Positions 1-8,582 of a stretch of 24,000 nt of DNA are shown here, one piece after another. Below the pieces are notes generated by a model. It did not search any database. It was not told the DNA's origin and was given only the letters and a program-made list of their open reading frames with translations. The stretch comes from an uncultured Prevotellaceae bacterium. Its GTDB lineage: Bacteria; Bacteroidota; Bacteroidia; Bacteroidales; Muribaculaceae. Numbering within the stretch: position 1 is the stretch's first letter; each line of letters begins with the position of its first letter. Both the position numbers and the translations under genes were made by a program. The stretch lies in contig CAMHNO010000002.1 in assembly GCA_946186575.1 (NCBI GenBank), positions 126,664 to 150,663 on the forward strand. The letters run 5' to 3'.

Positions 1-805
1 ATGCCTTGAGGTTGGGCTTCATCTCAACAACTTTAGCTACCTCGCCACCATTGTAATAAGTTACTGTGCCTGCAAACTGGCACGCTGCCTGCGCGCCTAT
101 GGTCACCACTATAGGCTTGGTGGGATTGGAGCGGAAGAAGATGTTCTTGTAGTTGAACCAGTGATGAACGGTGATGAAGCTGTTGTAGTAGTTGTAATGG
201 TTCTTGAGCCACGGCGTGTTGTTAAAGCGGTAGTAGCCATACTCGCCACGTATCTGAAGCCAGCCGCGAGTGAAAGGCACATTCTGGTAATTGACAAAAC
301 CTGCGCGAGCCCCAAATGGGGCACGGGCATTGCCGCTCATCACCAGGTCGCCACTACTCAAGGCGCGATTCACAAAGCCCGGATCAATGTCTTTCTGGCC
401 AACCATCAGAAACACTCCGCGATGCTTACCCTCAAGCCACAGCTGCTGCAGCCACACGCGCGACGGGTGCTGAGCGTTGTCGTGCCACCCACCACTTGCG
501 GCGTCGTAGCGCTGATAGCACACACTCGACGTGTAGCCAGCCCAAGCCTCAATGCCCGCACCCCACGATAGCCGTCGGGTGGTATCAAGCTCGTGACTTA
601 ACGCCGCGCTAAGCAGCGCCGAGTGCTGCTGGCTCACGGTGCCGCCACGATTGCTGGCTATGTAGTAGGGAGCAAAGTCGCTGCCGCCAGTGTTGAGCGT
701 GAGGCCAACCCTGTAGGCAACAGCAATACTGTCCGACGCGCAAGCTATCACGCACCCAACTGTCATAGCCATGGCCAAACACAATATTTTTCGCATTCCC
801 GTCAT
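1..805 (-). CDS. Outer-membrane-type exported protein, N-terminal 268 codons (ORF runs off the left edge); possibly Wzi-like capsule-assembly family
   Basis: My own translation of the minus strand from the ATG at 805 gives MTGMRKILCLAMAMTVGCVIACASDS... and stays open to position 1. It is absent from the ORF track because it has no stop in the window. It has an N-terminal signal peptide and aromatic/Gly/Asn-rich beta-strand-like composition (GEYGYYRFNNTPW, NYYNSFITVHHWFNYKNIFF). The segment SSGDLVMSGNARAPF recalls Bacteroidales Wzi-family proteins, but I could not verify the family. An alternative start is at 796. Confidence 0.75.
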   Translation of the reverse strand, partial: MTGMRKILCLAMAMTVGCVIACASDSIAVAYRVGLTLNTGGSDFAPYYIASNRGGTVSQQHSALLSAALSHELDTTRRLSWGAGIEAWAGYTSSVCYQRYDAASGGWHDNAQHPSRVWLQQLWLEGKHRGVFLMVGQKDIDPGFVNRALSSGDLVMSGNARAPFGARAGFVNYQNVPFTRGWLQIRGEYGYYRFNNTPWLKNHYNYYNSFITVHHWFNYKNIFFRSNPTKPIVVTIGAQAACQFAGTVTYYNGGEVAKVVEMKPNLKA

Positions 806-944
806 CAATGACCATTGAGCTTTATTCAATAATTATAACGTGTGATTCCTCAGTTTTGTTGTTCAGGGTCTCTAAATATTTATTGACACCAAGTTGCTAT
901 CAAATGAGCTAAACCACAAGCCGCTCCATTGCAAAAATGCAACA

Positions 945-952
945 TATTTTTG
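945..952 (+). promoter_or_regulatory. Bacteroidetes-type -7 promoter box TATTTTTG
   Basis: Exact match to the TAnnTTTG consensus, 40 bp upstream of the ATG at 992. Confidence 0.45.
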
Positions 953-991
953 TATAGTTGCTTTTTTTTGCCGAAATTTGCACTGCACAAG

Positions 992-1891
992 ATGACAACC
1001 AGTTTTAATTCAATAAAATCTCACGCTGGCAAGGCTATTGACTGGTGGAGGCGCATGAGCGAGCTCAAAAAGCAGCCCGTGGCGGCTCCCACACCCGTGC
1101 ACGACTACCACACTTGCACACACTGCAACTATAACTACCACGGCCGCTGCTGTCCACAGTGCGGCATGCCAGCGGGGCAAGTGAGGTTCACACTCAAGCG
1201 CCTGTTAAGCAACTTCCTCGACATCTGGGGCATGGGCAACAGGCCCATGTTCCGAACCATCAGCCACCTGCTGTGGCGACCAGGCTACATGATTCGTGAC
1301 TACCTCAACGGCCATCACCTGAGCTACTTCCCGCCTTTCAAGATGCTGGCGGTGCTTAGCATCTTCATCGTGATTCTGAGCATGGCTTTCGACGCTCACT
1401 TCTCCGACACTATTACCGAAAAGGTGCTGGAGATGATCGACGACTTCAAGGAAGAAAAGCACAAGCACATGTCGATGCTCGCTCTCGAATACGTCAAGAT
1501 TGCCATCACCTATCTCAAAGACCATGACCTCTACTGGGACCTTTTCCAGACCATCTTCCTGGTGCTCTCGGCATGGATAGTGTTTTACCGAAAAGGCTAC
1601 AACCTCGTCGAAACGTTTTTTTCGCAAATCTACATCTTCTGCCAGTTCAACATTCTCACCATCGTGTGGATGCTATGCACCACATCTATCCCCCCATCAC
1701 AGATTCTGCCCTACACCATGCATCTTGCCATTTCGTTCCCAATTCTCATCTACGACTTCAAGCAGCTCTATGGCATAGGGGTGTTAACTTCGGTGTGGAA
1801 AACATTCCTCTTTATCCTACTCACAATTATCCTCTATTGTGTGGTTCTGGGGCTCATACTCGTCGCTGTGTTAGCACTCGACAACATATAA
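992..1891 (+). CDS. DUF3667-family membrane protein with N-terminal zinc ribbon
   Basis: Zinc ribbon CTHCNYNYHGRCCPQCG is followed by the conserved block WRPGYMIRDYLNGHHLSYFPPFKML and several TM helices. The track ORF starts at a TTG (929). The ATG at 992 (MTTSFNS) lies downstream of the promoter box and is preferred. Confidence 0.85.
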   Translation: MTTSFNSIKSHAGKAIDWWRRMSELKKQPVAAPTPVHDYHTCTHCNYNYHGRCCPQCGMPAGQVRFTLKRLLSNFLDIWGMGNRPMFRTISHLLWRPGYMIRDYLNGHHLSYFPPFKMLAVLSIFIVILSMAFDAHFSDTITEKVLEMIDDFKEEKHKHMSMLALEYVKIAITYLKDHDLYWDLFQTIFLVLSAWIVFYRKGYNLVETFFSQIYIFCQFNILTIVWMLCTTSIPPSQILPYTMHLAISFPILIYDFKQLYGIGVLTSVWKTFLFILLTIILYCVVLGLILVAVLALDNI

Positions 1892-1922
1892 CACCCCTCC
1901 CTACCCACTACAGAGCCATGCT

Positions 1923-2867
1923 CTATGAGCCGTGATCAGTCGAGTAGGTGTCGATGTGGCGGCTCTTCTTGGTGTCGGCAATCTCGTCTATTTTGATGAG
2001 GATGCCGCTCTCTTCCACGTCGCCAAACTCATGATTGATAGCCGTCCCAAGCATGCGCATCGTGGGCGAGAGGCTCATGTAGGCATTTACAAGAGGCGGA
2101 ATGTTGATGCCCTTGCCGCGAATGTAGCTGTTCAGGCGACGGTAGTCTTCCTTGAAGTCGTCGCCCTTGAAGAAGCTTGCCAGCTCGCGCAGGTCGTGAC
2201 TCGTGCTTAACGGATGGATGGGAGTGACTAAGTGGTCGCGGTCGGGGAAGTAAAGGTGCAGAAACGACAGCAGCAGGTCGCGGCAGTCCACTGGATAACT
2301 GGTGTACATCGTCATCTTGCCAAAGAGATACTCTATCTCGGGATGAATCACCGTGAGCGCTCCCAGGCCGTCCCACAGATTGTCGAGCGCGAAGATGCCT
2401 TTGGCTCCAACGCGGCTCGACTGATATTCAGGCCTGACAAACGACCGCCCCAGCTCAAGGGTGTTGGGCAGATAGTGGGCTATGAAGTCGGGAGAGAATC
2501 GGAACATGTGCGACATGGCAATGCGCGGAGCACCGCTCGAGTCGAGCTGCATGTTGCTGCCAGTGATGTAGCGATAGGCGCCTATTATCTCACGGCCCTC
2601 GGGATTCCACACCAGCAACTGCTGGCACGCAGGCTCCATGAGGTCAAACTCGTCTATGTCGCATGCCTTGCCAGTGCCGCCGCCGGCATGCCTGAAGGCT
2701 ATCTCGCGCAAGCGTCCTATCTCGCGCATGACATTGGGCGAGTTGTGAGCGTCAACCACATAAATCTCATTGCCAGCCTTGTTGGTGGCTCGCAAGAAAC
2801 GTTCCTGAGTGAGTTCTTGCTCTATTAGCTCGGTGTCGATTTTCTCAATTACCTTTTCCTGTTTCAT
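1923..2867 (-). CDS. glsB: GNAT-like N-acyltransferase, glycine-lipid synthesis type (GlsB/OlsB-like, hemolysin-like)
   Basis: 314 aa. I judged similarity to the Bacteroidales N-acyl amino acid synthase family from memory (NSPNVMREIGRLREIAFRHAGGGTGK, LELGRSFVRPEYQ). It lies immediately downstream of a PlsC-type acyltransferase with an 8-bp gap, matching the known glsA/glsB pairing. Confidence 0.75.
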   Translation of the reverse strand: MKQEKVIEKIDTELIEQELTQERFLRATNKAGNEIYVVDAHNSPNVMREIGRLREIAFRHAGGGTGKACDIDEFDLMEPACQQLLVWNPEGREIIGAYRYITGSNMQLDSSGAPRIAMSHMFRFSPDFIAHYLPNTLELGRSFVRPEYQSSRVGAKGIFALDNLWDGLGALTVIHPEIEYLFGKMTMYTSYPVDCRDLLLSFLHLYFPDRDHLVTPIHPLSTSHDLRELASFFKGDDFKEDYRRLNSYIRGKGINIPPLVNAYMSLSPTMRMLGTAINHEFGDVEESGILIKIDEIADTKKSRHIDTYSTDHGS

Positions 2868-2874
2868 AGCTCTA

Positions 2875-3714
2875 CTATCTATTTAGGGAAGACTGGGGTT
2901 TCAACTCATAAACTTGCTCACGCAGCCGGGCGGCCTCGGCTCGGGCATCCTTCACATCGAGCGACTGCCAGCTCACTGGGCGCCCAAAGTATACCTTGAA
3001 CGTGCTGCCACTCGACTTGAACATCTCGCCAGGAAGGAAAATCATCTCAACGTTGAACTTGATGCCGAGCCACTCGCGCAACCGCGCCACACGGTAGAAG
3101 AACTTGCTGTTGCAGGCATCAAAATAGATGGGCACTATGTCGCGGCGAGAGTTCACTGCATGGGTCACTACCATCTTCTGCCAGGTCAGGTCGGCTATCT
3201 GGCCACCCTTCAACTTGCGAGAGCACAACCCCGCGGGGAAGGTTATCATCTGACGGTCGCCCTGGTACTCGGCCTCAATCTCCTGAACCACACGACGCGA
3301 CTGCCTGCCATATTTGTTAACCGGCATGAACACGTTGTCAAAGGGTTTCACGGCCATCAAGAGGTCATTGACAAGGAACTTTATCTCGCCACCATAGCGG
3401 TGACCAATGAGCGAAATCAGAGCCATACCATCGAGACCTCCCAGCGGATGGTTGCTGGCAAAGATGAAACGGCCATGGCTGGGTATGTTCTCCTCGCCAC
3501 AAGCCTCGAGCTTGATATCAAGGTCGCGCAAAGCCACATCGGCAGCTTCCACGCCCTTGAGCTCGCCTATGTCGCTTAATATCTTGTTCAAACCGTCCTG
3601 GTGAATGATGCGTTCAAGCCACCTTATCACCCAACGCGGAATGAACTTGTAATGACGAGGCAGGCGCTGCCTCATCACACTATCAACGTCGATTCGTAAG
3701 GGCTCGGTTTCCAT
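2875..3714 (-). CDS. glsA: Lysophospholipid (PlsC-family) O-acyltransferase, GlsA-like
   Basis: Acyltransferase block FIFASNHPLGGLDG and later FPAGLCSR. The ATG at 3714 (METEPLRID) is preferred over the track start at 3771 because a TAnnTTTG box sits at 3740-3747, between the two. Confidence 0.75.
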   Translation of the reverse strand: METEPLRIDVDSVMRQRLPRHYKFIPRWVIRWLERIIHQDGLNKILSDIGELKGVEAADVALRDLDIKLEACGEENIPSHGRFIFASNHPLGGLDGMALISLIGHRYGGEIKFLVNDLLMAVKPFDNVFMPVNKYGRQSRRVVQEIEAEYQGDRQMITFPAGLCSRKLKGGQIADLTWQKMVVTHAVNSRRDIVPIYFDACNSKFFYRVARLREWLGIKFNVEMIFLPGEMFKSSGSTFKVYFGRPVSWQSLDVKDARAEAARLREQVYELKPQSSLNR

Positions 3715-3739
3715 GATGCGTAAATAAGTTTTTAAATCA

Positions 3740-3747
3740 CAAAGGTA
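3740..3747 (-). promoter_or_regulatory. -7 promoter box TACCTTTG (minus strand)
   Basis: Plus-strand CAAAGGTA is TACCTTTG on the minus strand, 26 bp upstream of the ATG at 3714. Confidence 0.45.
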
Positions 3748-3921
3748 GCAAATAATACTAAATTTATCCACTTTATTGCCACAAATCTTTCTTAAAAAGC
3801 TAAAATGAACTTCTTGCGCCCACAGTTATGTCTTAACTCATCATCATGTGCCAGCGCCGGTTGCCAGCAAAATTAATTGCATTTTATTGCCCATAATTGC
3901 GGTTATTAGGGAATAAAACGT

Positions 3922-3929
3922 TAATTTTG
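3922..3929 (+). promoter_or_regulatory. -7 promoter box TAATTTTG
   Basis: Exact TAnnTTTG match in the divergent intergenic region. It lies inside the 5' end of the track ORF (3897 TTG), which argues for a later start. Confidence 0.4.
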
Positions 3930-4037
3930 CACTATCATCAATCATTTGAGTCATTGCATAAGCCTGTGAGCAACTTAACCATCAAATCATCAACTCGGCG
4001 ACTGCCGCATCTGGTCAGCACAAGTGGCTGGCTACTC

Positions 4038-5495
4038 ATGCTGGGCGAGGTCATTGCACTGGGAATAATAGTGGCTTTTACCTCAAGCACATTTGCCCGG
4101 CACGATGCCATCGCCATCGTGCTCTCGATCATGGTTGCCTACGCAATGCCCAGGCTGGTCTACTCACAGGGACGCACTGCTTGCCGATGGGGGCAGTGGT
4201 GGTTATTGCTGGTGGCGCTGGCATTGGCCATCTACACAATCTTGAGCATCAAACTGTGGACCATCGATGCCGGATGCACCACACAGATGCCGCACCTGCA
4301 CAGCGACGACGGAAGCTATTACCGGTGGGCACTCAACCACTACGACGGTCGCTGCCCCGAGCCCAAAATCTCGTTCAAGGGACTGCCGCTCTTCGCCCTA
4401 TGGCTATGGAAGGTGCTGGGAGTGAGCATCGTGTGGCCACTGGCTCTGAACTACATGTTCACCTTGCTGGCAATAGTGATGACGGGCAAGGTGGCAGTGC
4501 GCCTGCTCGAGCACCGCGTCGAGCCCACAAGCCCAGCCACTATAGCAGCCGTGGCCATGCTAATGATCTCGCTCATGGGATTCTTTGTCTCGCAAGGTGT
4601 GAGACTGCAGAAGGAGGCCGCATGTGCTCTGGGAGTCACCCTGGTGGGATATGCGCTCGCAGGCATGTCGCGCGCCGGCAACAAGCCCAGCGTTGGACAG
4701 ATGCGACGCGACTGGGCCATCTTCTTGGCAGGATGCCTCATTTTGGCTCTGGTGCGCACCAATTTCACCTATTTTGCCATCATAGGCGCAGCCATGATGG
4801 CGCTCTCCAACCACTGCGCCCGATGGAAGCAAGGCGCGGCAATGGCAGCGGCGGCAGCGGCGATAACGGTGAGCTTCAGCATCCTCTTCTCCTACACCTT
4901 TGGGCAGCAGTATCGCACCGTCGACGGCGGCGATGCCATGGCGCTGGCTTTCAAGGTGGGTATCGTGCAGCAGCCCTATCTGGCCATGATAGGCGACTAC
5001 TTCCACTATCCAGAGTGGAAGCGACTGCTGCTCATGCCAGTGACCGCCGGCGTGCAATATATCATTCCATTCCCCTGGATTTATGAGGGAGCCGACTCGT
5101 CCATCTTCAGCGTGCTGCCACGAGTGAGGGTGATGTGGTACTTTGTGGGCGGAGTGTGCCTGCACTATTTTCTCTACATCACCATCATCCACTACAAGCA
5201 GTCCAACCTGGGCATGTGGGCTTGGTGGCCACTCGTCACCTTCTTTATCATTGCCTACATCACAGGAGGCTCGGTGAGCCGCTACATCTTGCCTATACAA
5301 CCGCTTTTTGTGGTAATAGCACTCTACGTACTGCTGCAGGCCAAGCACGGCAACTACCGCCGCTCGCTCACCATCTGGCTCATTATCTACACCTTTATTC
5401 TGGCTGCTGTGCTCGTCATGTGCTATCAAACTCAGGTCGACTACCTCAACAGCCTGGAACAATACTACCGCATGAAACTACAGCACAAACTATAA
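4038..5495 (+). CDS. Polytopic integral membrane protein of unknown function (about 12 predicted TM segments; GT-C-like topology is only a guess)
   Basis: Long ORF with many hydrophobic helices. The first sizeable loop carries HLHSDDGSYYRWALNHYDG. The first in-frame ATG is at 4038 and the track start at 3897 is a TTG. Start uncertain. Confidence 0.7.
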   Translation: MLGEVIALGIIVAFTSSTFARHDAIAIVLSIMVAYAMPRLVYSQGRTACRWGQWWLLLVALALAIYTILSIKLWTIDAGCTTQMPHLHSDDGSYYRWALNHYDGRCPEPKISFKGLPLFALWLWKVLGVSIVWPLALNYMFTLLAIVMTGKVAVRLLEHRVEPTSPATIAAVAMLMISLMGFFVSQGVRLQKEAACALGVTLVGYALAGMSRAGNKPSVGQMRRDWAIFLAGCLILALVRTNFTYFAIIGAAMMALSNHCARWKQGAAMAAAAAAITVSFSILFSYTFGQQYRTVDGGDAMALAFKVGIVQQPYLAMIGDYFHYPEWKRLLLMPVTAGVQYIIPFPWIYEGADSSIFSVLPRVRVMWYFVGGVCLHYFLYITIIHYKQSNLGMWAWWPLVTFFIIAYITGGSVSRYILPIQPLFVVIALYVLLQAKHGNYRRSLTIWLIIYTFILAAVLVMCYQTQVDYLNSLEQYYRMKLQHKL

Positions 5496-5539
5496 ACGAC
5501 AACATCATAATTTCACACACACAATAAAAAAAGATTTGC

Positions 5540-6949
5540 ATGAAAACATTAAAGATTCTCTCTCTTGCATTGTGCATAGCCGCCACTGGCAGCGCTATGG
5601 CACAAAGCAAGGCACAAGGCGGCATCGACGCCGCAATGATGCGACAAATCACACAACAGGCAGCAACAACAAGCAATGCCGCACTGAGCAATGCCATGGC
5701 ATCTAACTCAATCGACGACCTGGCACGCAACTACCGCAACAATAAAGTGACCGACACACACTTCAGCGTTGAGACACCAAAGCAGAGCATTCACAACCAG
5801 CGCTCGAGTGGACGATGCTGGATGTACTCCAGCTTCAACGTGATGCGAGCCAACTTCGCACGCCGCCACAACGACACGCTACAGGTGGAATACTCTCACG
5901 ACTATCTGTTCTTCTGGGACCAGCTCGAGAAGGCCAACCTCATGCTGCAGGGTGTGATTGATTGTGCCGACAAGCCACTCGACGACCAGCGAGTGCAGTT
6001 TTTCTTCCACCACCCAATCAACGACGGAGGCACATTTTGCGGCGCAGCCGACCTCGCCGAGAAATATGGCCTCGTGCCTGTCGAAGTGCAGCCCGAGACC
6101 TACAGCGCCGAGCGCACATCGCGCATGAGCCAGCTGCTCTCCTCCAAGCTGCGTGAGCAAGGACTGGAACTGCGCAAGATGGTTGCTGCAGGCAAGTCGG
6201 GCGCAGCCATCAAGCAACGCAAGACCGAGATGCTGGCCGAAATCTACCGCATGCTATCGCTGTCGCTTGGAGAGCCCATCAAGTCGTTCACCTACGCCTT
6301 CAAGAACAAAGATGGCAAGACCGTGACACCAGCTCGCACCTACACACCACAAGAATTCTATCGCGAAACTCAAGGCGGACCCATCAACGGAACCTTCATC
6401 ATGGCAATGAACGACCCCAGGCGAGAATACTACAAGACCTATGAGGTGGAATGGGACCGTCACACCTACGACGGCCACAACTGGTGCTACATCAACCTGC
6501 CCATGGAGGACATAGCACAGATGGCCATCGCTTCGCTCCAAGACTCTACCAAGCTCTACTCGAGCTACGATGTGGGCAAGCAGCTCAACCGCGACAACGG
6601 CTATCTCTCGCTCGACAACTTCGACTACGGCACACTCTTTGGCACCAAATTCGGCATGAACAAAGCCGACCGCATCGCAACCTTCGACAGTGGCTCAACT
6701 CACGCTATGACGCTCACCGCAGTCGACCTTGATGCCAACGGCAAGCCCATCAAGTGGAAAGTGGAGAACTCGTGGGGAGCCGACAGCGGACACAAGGGCT
6801 ACATCATCATGACCAACGATTGGTTCAACGAGTACGCCTTCCGCCTGGTGGTCGACAAGAAATACGTGCCCGAGCGCATCCTCAAGGCAAGCCAGCAAAA
6901 ACCCATCATGGTAATGCCCGAGGACCCACTCTTCCAGGAAGACTGGTAA
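5540..6949 (+). CDS. pepC: C1-family cysteine aminopeptidase (aminopeptidase C / bleomycin hydrolase-like), exported
   Basis: Catalytic-Cys motif QRSSGRCWMYSSFNVMR and C-terminal block KVENSWGADSGHKGYIIM. N-terminal signal peptide MKTLKILSLALCIAATGSAMAQ. Confidence 0.9.
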   Translation: MKTLKILSLALCIAATGSAMAQSKAQGGIDAAMMRQITQQAATTSNAALSNAMASNSIDDLARNYRNNKVTDTHFSVETPKQSIHNQRSSGRCWMYSSFNVMRANFARRHNDTLQVEYSHDYLFFWDQLEKANLMLQGVIDCADKPLDDQRVQFFFHHPINDGGTFCGAADLAEKYGLVPVEVQPETYSAERTSRMSQLLSSKLREQGLELRKMVAAGKSGAAIKQRKTEMLAEIYRMLSLSLGEPIKSFTYAFKNKDGKTVTPARTYTPQEFYRETQGGPINGTFIMAMNDPRREYYKTYEVEWDRHTYDGHNWCYINLPMEDIAQMAIASLQDSTKLYSSYDVGKQLNRDNGYLSLDNFDYGTLFGTKFGMNKADRIATFDSGSTHAMTLTAVDLDANGKPIKWKVENSWGADSGHKGYIIMTNDWFNEYAFRLVVDKKYVPERILKASQQKPIMVMPEDPLFQEDW

Positions 6950-6957
6950 CTGAGAGG

Positions 6958-6968
6958 CGAGTGTTCGA
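6958..6968. repeat. Solitary copy of the octamer-array motif (CGAGTGTTCGA), downstream of the four-helix-bundle gene
   Basis: Exact 11-bp match to 7832-7842 inside the octamer array. The context gCGAGTGT TCGATTta reads as about two array units. Confidence 0.7.
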
Positions 6969-6986
6969 TTTACTACAATTCGCGCG

Positions 6987-7736
6987 TTACAAGGCTTGGC
7001 GTGTACCTTGGCAATTGGGATAATCCGAGCAACCCCAAAATTGCTTGCCAACTTTAGTGCCACGTTTTATAGTGCGTTTAATCATAGGCTTGCCACATAG
7101 TGGACACTGTGGTGACCCTTGCTCAACAGATTGCAGGGTTTGCGCCGCCAGTCGTTCTTTGCTCAAGCCCTCAGTAAATCCACCATTGAGCTTAAAGTCA
7201 TCAAGCTGCCGCAACATCATCTTCTGCAACATGGTGATGTTGCGGTTTATTAGCTGCATGATTGAATTTACACACACAACCTGATTATCGCTTTCTACCC
7301 ATGGTGCAAAGCGCTTGCGTTGTGACTGCACATGCACCCATGCATCGTGCTCAATATCACGGCCATAATGAGGTTGTTCAAGTTGAATGCTTTGAAAAGC
7401 CCGGTAATTCTCGCTATCTCTTGTCCAAGGCTCTATATTGTAAGTGAGAGAAAAAGCCATGTAATCACTTAGCAATTCGCTCAAGGTTGCTCTTGCCACG
7501 TCAGTGAGCCGCATCTCAGTCTCTCGACTGGTCTGACGGCGCGAACTTCCCTCAGCAATATTGGCATGTGCACTTCGCGCGGCCATTACCATTTGGTCAT
7601 AAAGGCGCCCATGTGGGTCGTTGTCTTTGTTGAGATAACGATGGCAAAAACTAATGGTTGCCTGGTGGATTATGTGCGACATCACCCATGCATCAAGGTA
7701 ATAATAGCCCTTGATGGATTTAATATCAACAGCCAC
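6987..7736 (-). CDS. Four-helix-bundle protein (23S rRNA IVS protein / Avd-like family) with suffix domain and C-terminal topoisomerase-type C4 zinc ribbon
   Basis: Family signature DQMVMAARSAHANIAEGSSRRQTSRETEMRLTDVARATLSELLSDY. The middle region ends in NGGFTEGLSKERL (suffix-domain-like). The C-terminus CPLCGKPMIKRTIKRGTKVGKQFWGCSDYPNCQGT matches the Topo I C4 finger pattern. The start is a GTG at 7736. An ATG at 7682 is an alternative. Confidence 0.85.
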   Translation of the reverse strand: MAVDIKSIKGYYYLDAWVMSHIIHQATISFCHRYLNKDNDPHGRLYDQMVMAARSAHANIAEGSSRRQTSRETEMRLTDVARATLSELLSDYMAFSLTYNIEPWTRDSENYRAFQSIQLEQPHYGRDIEHDAWVHVQSQRKRFAPWVESDNQVVCVNSIMQLINRNITMLQKMMLRQLDDFKLNGGFTEGLSKERLAAQTLQSVEQGSPQCPLCGKPMIKRTIKRGTKVGKQFWGCSDYPNCQGTRQAL

Positions 7737-7782
7737 TATTTTTGTTACTATTTTATTGTTGTTTTTGTTATTTTTACGATAG

Positions 7783-7852
7783 TCGATTGTTCGATTATTC
7801 GATTGTTCGATTATTCGATTGTTCGATTATTCGAGTGTTCGAGCATTCGAGG
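7783..7852. repeat. Octamer tandem array: (TCGATTGT TCGATTAT)x3, then TCGAGTGT TCGAGCAT TCGAGG
   Basis: Read directly from the sequence. There are 8.75 units with a TCGA core every 8 bp. The array fills most of the space between the pyrH stop (7869) and the four-helix-bundle gene start (7736). Confidence 0.95.
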
Positions 7853-7868
7853 TTTTTGGGGAGGTTTG

Positions 7869-8582
7869 TTAAGGCGTCACCACGGTGCCTATGGGCTCGC
7901 CAGTGATCACCTTCTTGAGGTTGCCCACCACGTCCATGTTGAACACATGTATGGGCAGGTTGTTCTCCTTTGCCATCACAGTGGCAGTCATGTCCATCAC
8001 CTTGAGGCCGCGCGCAATAATCTCGTCGTAGGTGATGGTGTCGAACTTCGTAGCCGTGGGATCCTTCTCGGGGTCGGCAGTGTAGATGCCGTCCACACGA
8101 GTGCCCTTGAGCATGACATCGGCCTCAACCTCAATGCCGCGCAGGGTGCTGCCGGTGTCGGTGGTGAAGAAGGGGTTGCCAGTGCCGCACGACATGATGG
8201 CCACCTTGCCCTGGTTCATTGCGTCGATGGCGCGCCACTTGGTGTAATGCTCGCCCACTGGAGTCATGGCAATAGCGGTGAACACCTGTGCTGGCTGACC
8301 CTTGGCCTCGAGGGCCGACGAGAGAGCGAGCGAGTTGATAACTGTGGCAAGCATGCCCATTTGGTCGCCCTTCACGCGGTCGAAGCCACTGGCAGCTCCT
8401 GCCAGACCGCGAAAGATGTTGCCGCCGCCAATCACGATTGCCACCTGAACACCAGCTTCAACTATCTCCTTGATTTGAGTGGCATAGTCGTCGACGCGCT
8501 TTGGGTCGATGCCGTAGCCTTGTGCTCCCATCAGCGACTCGCCGCTGAGCTTGAGCAAAATGCGCTTGTATTTCGTTTCCAT
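7869..8582 (-). CDS. pyrH: UMP kinase
   Basis: METKYKRILLKLSGESLMG..., 237 aa, with a typical PyrH amino-acid kinase fold sequence throughout. Confidence 0.95.
   Translation of the reverse strand: METKYKRILLKLSGESLMGAQGYGIDPKRVDDYATQIKEIVEAGVQVAIVIGGGNIFRGLAGAASGFDRVKGDQMGMLATVINSLALSSALEAKGQPAQVFTAIAMTPVGEHYTKWRAIDAMNQGKVAIMSCGTGNPFFTTDTGSTLRGIEVEADVMLKGTRVDGIYTADPEKDPTATKFDTITYDEIIARGLKVMDMTATVMAKENNLPIHVFNMDVVGNLKKVITGEPIGTVVTP

Noticed and set aside
3806-3877. Small 23-codon ORF (MNFLRPQLCLNSSSCASAGCQQN) in the divergent intergenic region.
   Set aside because: It has no supporting promoter box or conservation evidence. It is too short to evaluate from sequence alone.
4181-5462. 301-aa (+) and 300-aa (-) ORFs inside the membrane-protein gene. 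Similar off-frame ORFs overlap the gls genes, pepC, nadK, the ldcA-like gene and the first 815 bp.
   Set aside because: These are alternative-frame or antisense ORFs with Arg/His/Gly-rich junk composition. The overlapping annotated frames have clear family signatures or TM periodicity.
6987-7852. The Avd-like four-helix-bundle protein as part of a diversity-generating retroelement.
   Set aside because: There is no reverse transcriptase ORF in the window. I found no template/variable repeat pair with adenine-specific differences.
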